The translations under genes and the position numbers were made by a program. A stretch of DNA of 32,000 nucleotides from Candidatus Scalindua sp. (GTDB lineage: Bacteria > Planctomycetota > Brocadiia > Brocadiales > Scalinduaceae): contig JALDRA010000001.1 in assembly GCA_031316235.1 (NCBI GenBank), positions 180,001 to 212,000 of the forward strand, given 5' to 3'. This document shows, piece after piece, positions 26,286-32,000 of the stretch (within the stretch, counting starts at the first letter, position 1; each line of letters opens with the position of its first letter). The notes beneath the pieces were generated by a model. That model saw only the letters and a list, made by a program, of their open reading frames with translations, did no database searches and was not told where the DNA came from.

Positions 26286-26347
26286 GGGGACGGAAATCCA
26301 CCTTAAATGGGCACATTGCTGCCCATTTAAGGTGGATTTCCGTCCCC
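26286..26347. promoter_or_regulatory. Perfect palindrome (28-bp arms, 6-nt spacer), candidate enhancer (UAS) for the PAS sigma-54 activator
   Basis: ggggacggaaatccaccttaaatgggca-cattgc-tgcccatttaaggtggatttccgtcccc. Its centre is about 83 bp upstream of the GG of the -24 element at 26399..26400. Confidence 0.45.
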
Positions 26348-26397
26348 AGAAAAAAACAGAAGCTGTATGTATTTTAATATAATGTACTTATAATGTT

Positions 26398-26412
26398 TGG
26401 CACACATTTTGT
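26398..26412 (+). promoter_or_regulatory. Candidate sigma-54 promoter of the hsp20 operon
   Basis: TGGCACACATTTTGT (TGGCAC-N5-TTGT), 125 nt upstream of ATG 26537. A sigma-54 activator gene lies divergently adjacent. Confidence 0.55.
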
Positions 26413-26536
26413 TATACATTAGAAAAAAGGACATGGTTTTTTCCTTTTATACGGGTAGTTATTGTGGTAGGTTAGTAACAGCTTAACTATCCAGCTTATT
26501 GCTTTTTTTTATTACCTTTTTGAAGGGAGGAATATT

Positions 26537-26959
26537 ATGTTTCCATTAACAAGTGCACTTGACACTCTTTTAGCGCTTCAAGAAGCAATGGACCTTGCAC
26601 AAAATCCTGGTTTTTTCGAAAGTACGACAACCAGCAGAGGGGTCTTTCCGCCTGTTAATATTTTTAAAAAAAACGAGGATCTGGTTCTCGTTACAGAGTT
26701 ACCCGGTGTAAAAAAGGGGGATTTGAGTATAGAAGTAAAGGGAAACACGGTACGGCTGGCCGGTAAACGGACCATAGATTATGGGAAAGATATCAGCTAC
26801 CACCGTACTGAACGCACCTCTTCTCAGTTCGATAGAACCTTGAAACTTCCAATTAACGTGGAAGCAGATCAAGTAAAAGCAGAATATAAAGACGGCCTTC
26901 TGGTTATTTGTCTGACCCGTGCAGAGACTGATAAACCGAGACAAATTTCAATCCAATAA
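26537..26959 (+). CDS. Hsp20/alpha-crystallin small heat-shock protein (1 of 3)
   Basis: 140 aa. GGGAGG SD. Alpha-crystallin pattern PPVNIFKKNEDLVLVTELPGVKKGDLSIEV...KAEYKDGLLVICL. Confidence 0.9.
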   Translation: MFPLTSALDTLLALQEAMDLAQNPGFFESTTTSRGVFPPVNIFKKNEDLVLVTELPGVKKGDLSIEVKGNTVRLAGKRTIDYGKDISYHRTERTSSQFDRTLKLPINVEADQVKAEYKDGLLVICLTRAETDKPRQISIQ

Positions 26960-26983
26960 AAAATCTGAATGGAGGATACTGTT

Positions 26984-27394
26984 ATGAGCAATGAAACGAA
27001 GGAAGTAACAAAGGCTGAGAATAAGAAGCCGTTAAAAACGGAACATGCCGGAGAGAGGACGGTACCGGGGAAATATTATATCCCGAAGACTGACATTATT
27101 GAAACTGATAAAAGCCTTATTGTGACGATGGATGTACCAGGTGTAAAAAAGGAGAATATCAATATCCGGTTAGAAGCTAATACACTGGAAGTTGATGCAA
27201 AGATAGATTTTTCTCCTTATGAAAAACTTGCTCCAGTATATACAGAGTACAATGTCGGGCATTTTGCGCGGAGATTCACCGTATCAAATATAATTGATAC
27301 AACAAAAATTGATGCAAATCTTGCTGACGGGGTCTTAACCCTGACACTGCCAAAGGCACCTGAAGCACAACCAAGAAAAATTGAGATAAGATAA
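26984..27394 (+). CDS. Hsp20/alpha-crystallin small heat-shock protein (2 of 3)
   Basis: ORF from 26969, but GGAGGA at 26971..26976 favours ATG 26984 (MSNETKE). Pattern TDIIETDKSLIVTMDVPGVKKENINI...DANLADGVLTLTLPK. Confidence 0.9.
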   Translation: MSNETKEVTKAENKKPLKTEHAGERTVPGKYYIPKTDIIETDKSLIVTMDVPGVKKENINIRLEANTLEVDAKIDFSPYEKLAPVYTEYNVGHFARRFTVSNIIDTTKIDANLADGVLTLTLPKAPEAQPRKIEIR

Positions 27395-27523
27395 TTGAGA
27401 TGAAACAGATTTTCTTGTACTTTTTAACAATTCACAGGTAAGCAGGCCCCCCTGCTCGTTGTTAATGGGGAGAGTGTTTCTCCACAACAACAATTTTGTC
27501 CATTTATTCAAAAGGAGACCAGC

Positions 27524-28030
27524 ATGGCATTGAAAGACTTGATAACCTGGAATAGAAAAAAACCACAGCACATACAATCAGAGCTTCAACATCCTGTAGC
27601 CACCCTTCACAGGGAAGTCGATCGATTGTTTGACGATTTCTTTAAAGGCTTTGGAGGATTTCCCTCTTTGCCTTTCAGGGAAGAGAGGTTAACTGAATTT
27701 TCACCGAAGATTAATGTAAGTGAAAATGACAAAGAGATCGAAGTTTCTGTTGAAGTTCCGGGAATGGATCAGAATGATGTCGAAGTTAATGTAAGGGACG
27801 ATGTACTCACGATCAAGGGTGAAAAGAAAGAGGAAAAAGAAGAGAAAGACAAAGAGTATTATCATGTAGAGAGAAGCTATGGATCATTTTACCGCTCCCT
27901 GCAGATTCCCTGCGAAGTTGACCATGACAAGGTAAAGGCAGAGTTCAAAAAAGGAGTTTTAAAAATCTATTTACCAAAAAGTGAAAAAGCCAGGGAAAAT
28001 GTACGGAAGATTGAAGTAAAAGGTGAATGA
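27524..28030 (+). CDS. Hsp20/alpha-crystallin small heat-shock protein (3 of 3)
   Basis: 168 aa with an AAGGAG SD. Pattern SPKINVSENDKEIEVSVEVPGMDQNDVEV...ERSYGSFYRSLQIP...KAEFKKGVLKIYLPK. Confidence 0.9.
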   Translation: MALKDLITWNRKKPQHIQSELQHPVATLHREVDRLFDDFFKGFGGFPSLPFREERLTEFSPKINVSENDKEIEVSVEVPGMDQNDVEVNVRDDVLTIKGEKKEEKEEKDKEYYHVERSYGSFYRSLQIPCEVDHDKVKAEFKKGVLKIYLPKSEKARENVRKIEVKGE

Positions 28031-28064
28031 TTGTGATGCCGATTACAGAGCTCGGTAATTAGGA

Positions 28065-28110
28065 GATAGTTCTGGAGACCCTCCAGAACTATCTTTACTT
28101 TTGTCTTTTG
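28065..28110 (+). terminator. Rho-independent terminator-like hairpin after the hsp20 operon
   Basis: gatagttctggag-acc-ctccagaactatc (13-bp perfect stem) followed by tttacttttgtctttt. An imperfect copy lies at 31561..31606 inside the IS. Confidence 0.6.
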
Positions 28111-28473
28111 GTATAGGTGTCGGTCCACGCTAACTTGCTGAATCTCAATGAGCAATACACACCAATGGTTGTCCCCCGATTCCAAAGAACAAGGAAGACA
28201 TGTAGCCAGGAATGGACTTGACCCCCTTGTTCCTTGTTTTAATGGTAAATCGGGAGCCAATTTAATTTAATTTGATTTTTTACATTGGAAAAGGTAGTAT
28301 GCACCTTGACAATTTTTCTTTTTTAGTTGCTTTGTTTGTTTGCCGATACCATTACACAAAAAACTGTAAAGTCAGTCGGCCATCTTTTATGTTTCAGCGT
28401 ACTTTTTTCAATTAACTACCTTTGCGATCACCTGGAATTGAGTTTTGGCACTGCAATTTTAAATAATGGAGGT

Positions 28474-29457
28474 ATGAGAATGATAGACCTTTCAACCAGC
28501 TATTTAGGATTAAATCTTAGAAATCCGATCATTGTCGGCAGTTCCGGGTTAACCGATTCTGTTGAAAAGATTCAAAAAATCGAGGAATTGGGTGCCGGGG
28601 CAGTGGTGTTAAAGTCAATCTTTGAAGAAGAAATTTTTTTTGAGTACGACTCTGTTATCAAGGAGGCAGAAACGATTGGTGTTAGTCTGGAGCAATTTGA
28701 TTATTTCGATTTCCAGTTAAGAGGAAAAAAACTGAATGCTTACCTTGACCTGATTAGAGGTGCAAAAGCAGAAACATCCATTCCAATCATTGCCAGTATC
28801 AACTGTGTTTATTCTTATGAGTGGATTGCTTTTGCAAAGGAAATTGAAGCTGCAGGAGCAGATGCAATTGAATTAAATATGTTTTTCCTGCCATCTGATT
28901 TTAAAAAAAGCTCTCAAAAACAGGATGATGTATATTGTGAAATAGTGGAGAAACTTATCAATACGATTACGATACCGGTATCTCTTAAAATTAGCTACTA
29001 TTTTTCAAACCTTGGTCACATGATCCAAAGACTCTCAAATTCGGGGGTTTCCGGTATCGTTCTATTTAATCGTTTTTTCAGCCCGGATATTGATATTGAG
29101 ACATTAAAAATAAAACCCTCGTTTGTTTTCAGTTCTCCTTCCGATATAGCACAATCTTTGCGATGGATCGCTATTATGTCCCAGAGAGTTCAATGTGACC
29201 TGGCTGCCTCATCAGGAATTCATGATGGTGAAAGCGTTATCAAACAGATTTTAGCAGGTGCACAAGCTGTGCAGATGGTGTCTGCATTTTATCAAAAAAA
29301 AATCGTATTTATTAAGGATGTAATCAAGACCCTGGAAAGCTGGATGAGGGCACATAAATATCATACCCTTCAAGAGTTCAGGGGGAAATTAAGTCAGGCT
29401 AAAGCGGATGATCCTGCAGTTTATGAACGTATGCAGTTCATGAAATATTTTAACTGA
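28474..29457 (+). CDS. Dihydroorotate dehydrogenase-like (PyrD-family TIM-barrel flavoenzyme-like) protein
   Basis: The ORF track starts at TTG 28327. GGAGG at 28468..28472 favours ATG 28474 or 28480 (MIDLSTSYLGLNLRNPIIVGSSGL...). Pattern VVLKSIFEEE, IIASIN, AIELNMF, GIVLFNRF. Confidence 0.65.
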   Translation: MRMIDLSTSYLGLNLRNPIIVGSSGLTDSVEKIQKIEELGAGAVVLKSIFEEEIFFEYDSVIKEAETIGVSLEQFDYFDFQLRGKKLNAYLDLIRGAKAETSIPIIASINCVYSYEWIAFAKEIEAAGADAIELNMFFLPSDFKKSSQKQDDVYCEIVEKLINTITIPVSLKISYYFSNLGHMIQRLSNSGVSGIVLFNRFFSPDIDIETLKIKPSFVFSSPSDIAQSLRWIAIMSQRVQCDLAASSGIHDGESVIKQILAGAQAVQMVSAFYQKKIVFIKDVIKTLESWMRAHKYHTLQEFRGKLSQAKADDPAVYERMQFMKYFN

Positions 29458-29518
29458 TCAGATCTAACCGATCATTTTCCGCGTCAATGAAGATATCCGC
29501 ATCAACAATTAATCCCAT
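29450..29518 (-). pseudogene. 22-codon remnant of a PIN-domain (VapC-like) toxin gene
   Basis: Own translation: ATG 29518..29516 overlaps the antitoxin stop by 10 nt and reads MGLIVDADIFIDAENDRLDLIS, then TAA (29452..29450). This is a typical PIN N-terminus (hydrophobic-hydrophobic-D). The remaining roughly 110 codons are absent, and its end overlaps the stop of the convergent gene. Confidence 0.4.
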
Positions 29519-29790
29519 GGATTCTCCGGAAGTGTAGCAATTTTTCTAATGGCTTTCAGATCTTCAGCCATTGCTGACCCCTCTTCCTCCAACCTTGGCA
29601 ACGATCTGAGTAAATCGGCCAGCTTAGTAACAGGGCATCCCGCCTTGGGGGGAGGACTTAACTCGGCCACGGTTTGGGAACCCTTGGTAATATACAAGCT
29701 ACGTCCCGACATCCGCACTTTGTCAATCACAACCGATAGATTTCTTACCAGGTCGGTCGCAGTGATAGTTTCGTGCACCTTGTTTTGCAT
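29509..29790 (-). CDS. Phd/YefM-type type II antitoxin (apparently orphan)
   Basis: 93 aa. N-terminus ITATDLVRNLSVVIDKVRMSGRSLYITKGSQTVAELSPP is typical of Phd/YefM-like antitoxins. Confidence 0.7.
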   Translation of the reverse strand: MQNKVHETITATDLVRNLSVVIDKVRMSGRSLYITKGSQTVAELSPPPKAGCPVTKLADLLRSLPRLEEEGSAMAEDLKAIRKIATLPENPWD

Positions 29791-29854
29791 ATTGATCCAC
29801 CTCAGGAATAAATTACCAGCGTCTTTCTTGAGAAAGGCACGTTAAGTTACAACG

Positions 29855-31710
29855 GAAGTTCACCCCTATAAAACGCATTAACACTCTTATAGTATTGTAG
29901 TTAGGCAAAATTTCCCCCTATTGTGTAGTCACTAATATATTTTTATAAATTGTATATTTTACTTGCAATTACGGGAGAGTTTGGTATACTACAGTAGTCA
30001 TGCATGTAGTAGAAAACAAATCATCATCAAAGAAGAAGATCTACCGCTCTACTCTTTTGAGAGAGTCTTATCGTGAAAATGGAAAAGTCAAAAAACGCAC
30101 CATTGCTAATATTTCCCACTGTACACCGGGAGAAATTGCTGCAATAAAACTTGCACTGAAACACAAAGACGATTTATCCGAACTCGGTTCTCTCAAAGAG
30201 TCCGTTGCATTGCAGGAAGGATTGTCGGTGGGAGCGGTTTGGGCGGTATACCAGACGGCAAAAAAGTTGGGAATAGAAAAGGCATTAGGGACAAGTTTTG
30301 CCGGGAAGTTAGCGCTTTGGCAGGTTATTGCGCGGGTTATAGATCAAGGTTCACGTCTCTCAGCAGTGCGGCTTGCGCAAAGCCATGCGGCATGTGATGT
30401 TCTGACACTCTTGCGTGGATTTGATGAAAATAATCTCTACGAAAACCTTGAATGGTTGTCGATAAATCAAGATGAAATAGAGAAAGCCCTGTTTGTTTCA
30501 AGACGGGGAAAAGCTCTTCCACAATTATTCCTCTACGATGTGACGAGCAGTTATCTGGAAGGTGAGAAGAATTTCTTTGGTGATTATGGCTATGGCAGAG
30601 ATGGGAAGAAGGGGAAAAAGCAAATAGTTATCGGGTTATTGTGTGACGAGTATGGAGACGCTGTTTCCACAGAGGTATTCCATGGTAACACTCAAGACCC
30701 GAAAACCTTTCTCTCACAGGTAGAAAAAGCAGGAGAGCTTTTTGGCTGTAAGAGTGTGACATTTGTCGGTGATCGGGGAATGATTAAAAAGGCACAAGTA
30801 GACAATCTTCCCGAGCACTTTCACTACATAACAGCAATAACAAAACCCCAGATCAGGTCACTCATCAAGACAGGGGTAATCCAGATGGAGCTGTTCGATA
30901 AGGAGGTATGCGAGGTTGAGGAAGACGGTATCCGGTATGTCTTAAGGCGTAATCCAGTACGTGCAGATGAAATGGCACAGACTCGATTGTCAAAACTCCA
31001 CTGTATCGAAAACTTCCTTCAAAACAAAAATGAGTATCTCAGCAAACACCCGAAGGCACGAGTAACAACAGCACAGAAAGAGGTAGAGAAAAAGATAAGT
31101 AGATTAAAGCTGGATAAATGGCTATCTGTCCAATCAAAGGAACAAGGAAGGGAGTTGTTTTTAGAACAGGACGACAAGGTGCTCAAAGAAATGTCGCTGC
31201 TTGATGGGTGTTATGTCATTAAGACTGATCTTTCGGCAGAAGAATTGGATAAAGAAGGAGTTCATGACCGCTACAAAGATTTGACAGAAGTAGAAAGAGC
31301 GTTCCGTGATTGCAAGACAGTACATTTAGAGGTACGGCCAATCCATGTCAGATTAGAATCAAGCACTCGGGGCCATGTGTTGGTAGTAATGTTGTCATAT
31401 ATGATTATCCGGCATCTACGCCGTGCATGGGAGAAATTTGACATGACAGTCCCTGAGGGGATAGCTCAACTGAGCACACTTTGTTCTGGAGAAATGAAAG
31501 TCAAAGACCAGGGAGCATGCATAAAAATACCAAGACCAAGGGAGAATAGCCAAAAGCAAAGATTGTTCCGGAGACCCTCCAGAACTATCTTTGCTTTTGT
31601 CTTTGGATCCCATTTGCGATATTTCATTGCGCCCCCCTTTCTTAAGTATGGCGTTATTATAGAGTAAATTACTCCACAATTACATCTGCTTACTTAATGG
31701 GGTGCAGTAC
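29855..31710 (+). mobile_element. IS1634-type (IS4 superfamily) insertion sequence; boundaries tentative
   Basis: Single transposase ORF 30000..31667. Candidate imperfect terminal inverted repeats GAAGTTCACCCCTATAA (29855..29871) and TTAATGGGGTGCAGTAC (31694..31710) match at 12/17 positions. No target-site duplication was recognised. Confidence 0.4.
30000..31667 (+). CDS. IS1634-family DDE transposase
   Basis: 555 aa. N-terminus KKIYRSTLLRESYRENGKVKKRTIANISH is typical of IS1634-group transposases. DDE candidates LFLYDVTSSY, FVGDRGM and YKDLTEVERAFRDCK (the Y-R-E-K signature of the IS4 superfamily). The last 35 or so residues look non-native. Confidence 0.8.
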   Translation: MHVVENKSSSKKKIYRSTLLRESYRENGKVKKRTIANISHCTPGEIAAIKLALKHKDDLSELGSLKESVALQEGLSVGAVWAVYQTAKKLGIEKALGTSFAGKLALWQVIARVIDQGSRLSAVRLAQSHAACDVLTLLRGFDENNLYENLEWLSINQDEIEKALFVSRRGKALPQLFLYDVTSSYLEGEKNFFGDYGYGRDGKKGKKQIVIGLLCDEYGDAVSTEVFHGNTQDPKTFLSQVEKAGELFGCKSVTFVGDRGMIKKAQVDNLPEHFHYITAITKPQIRSLIKTGVIQMELFDKEVCEVEEDGIRYVLRRNPVRADEMAQTRLSKLHCIENFLQNKNEYLSKHPKARVTTAQKEVEKKISRLKLDKWLSVQSKEQGRELFLEQDDKVLKEMSLLDGCYVIKTDLSAEELDKEGVHDRYKDLTEVERAFRDCKTVHLEVRPIHVRLESSTRGHVLVVMLSYMIIRHLRRAWEKFDMTVPEGIAQLSTLCSGEMKVKDQGACIKIPRPRENSQKQRLFRRPSRTIFAFVFGSHLRYFIAPPFLKYGVIIE

Positions 31711-31731
31711 ACTCCTTAAATCATCACTAAA

Positions 31732-32000
31732 ATGCGCAAACCGATTTTCCGAGCAATTGGATGTTTGATAATTTCCCAATTAGTGTTAATGGGATGCCAG
31801 ACTCCCATCTCCCAAATTAACAAATCCAGCCATGATGATCTAACACGCAAAGAACACATCCTTCAAATGGATACCTTTTGGCGTATCGATGTGGTGGATG
31901 AAAAACGAATGGACCTATCCGGACTGGTCATTGTGAATGACGAGAGATTCCTCACCATTGATGACAAGCAGTTCAATCTATACGAACTCCGTCTTCAAAA
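31732..32000 (+). CDS. 5' part of a lipoprotein gene running off the right edge
   Basis: Own translation: MRKPIFRAIGCLIISQLVLMGCQTPISQINKSSHDDLTRKEHILQMDTFWRIDVVDEKRMDLSGLVIVNDERFLTIDDKQFNLYELRLQ..., with an LMGC lipobox and no stop up to position 32000. Confidence 0.5.
   Translation, partial: MRKPIFRAIGCLIISQLVLMGCQTPISQINKSSHDDLTRKEHILQMDTFWRIDVVDEKRMDLSGLVIVNDERFLTIDDKQFNLYELRLQ

Noticed and set aside
26286-26347. Whether the 28-nt arms represent CRISPR repeats
   Set aside because: There are only two copies, in inverted orientation, separated by 6 nt. There are no spacers, no further repeats and no cas genes in the window.
28446-28460. TGGCACTGCAATTTT, a sigma-54 -24-like box 14 nt before the DHOD-like gene's SD
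   Set aside because: The -12 position reads TTTT (no G), and the implied TSS would fall on the SD or start codon. This is probably a chance TGGCAC.
29549-29845. 98-aa plus-strand ORF overlapping the antitoxin gene
   Set aside because: It is antisense to a recognisable Phd/YefM-type ORF, has no SD, and has a low-complexity Ser/Leu-rich translation.

Overview
All calls come from reading the sequence and the supplied ORF track by eye; no database search, folding or alignment software was run. The window is a compact, moderately AT-rich bacterial chromosome segment with no rRNA, tRNA or CRISPR array that I could find.

Gene content, left to right:
- About 0.2-14.5 kb, all on the minus strand: a copper/silver-type metal-resistance island. 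The order is cusB-like adaptor, long-form cusA-like RND pump, membrane histidine kinase, NtrC-type sigma-54 response regulator, TolC-like outer-membrane factor, CopA P-type ATPase, and a secreted YHS-domain protein.
- 15.2-24.3 kb, plus strand: a Cys-rich PAS protein, a large AsmA/YdbH-like protein with a YnbE/YdbL-like partner, typA, a SatD-like protein with a small membrane partner, and a stand-alone lysine-ketoglutarate-reductase-like protein.
- 24.4-28.0 kb: a PAS-containing sigma-54 activator, divergent from three tandem hsp20 genes.
- 28.0-32.0 kb: a dihydroorotate-dehydrogenase-like gene, an orphan Phd/YefM antitoxin with a 22-codon PIN-toxin remnant, an IS1634-type IS, and the start of a lipoprotein gene.

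Observations I consider most worth follow-up:
1. Three intergenic matches to TGGCAY-N5-TTGT (sigma-54 type). Each sits upstream of an operon linked to a sigma-54 activator.
2. An 81-bp, 80/81-identical inverted repeat bracketing the cusB/PAS-gene divergent promoter region. It belongs to a dispersed, apparently structured intergenic repeat family with a GGTTTTCGG core, and copies also flank both sigma-54 activator genes.
3. A perfect 28-bp-arm palindrome about 85 bp upstream of the hsp20 sigma-54 promoter.
4. An in-frame TGA that separates the YHS protein from a 20-codon His-rich tail.
5. Unusual domain architectures: CusB with two CxxC metal motifs and a duplicated C-terminal module, CusA with an extra roughly 100-aa membrane insert, a PAS protein with a CxxC...HxxC tail, and a YnbE-YdbL fusion.
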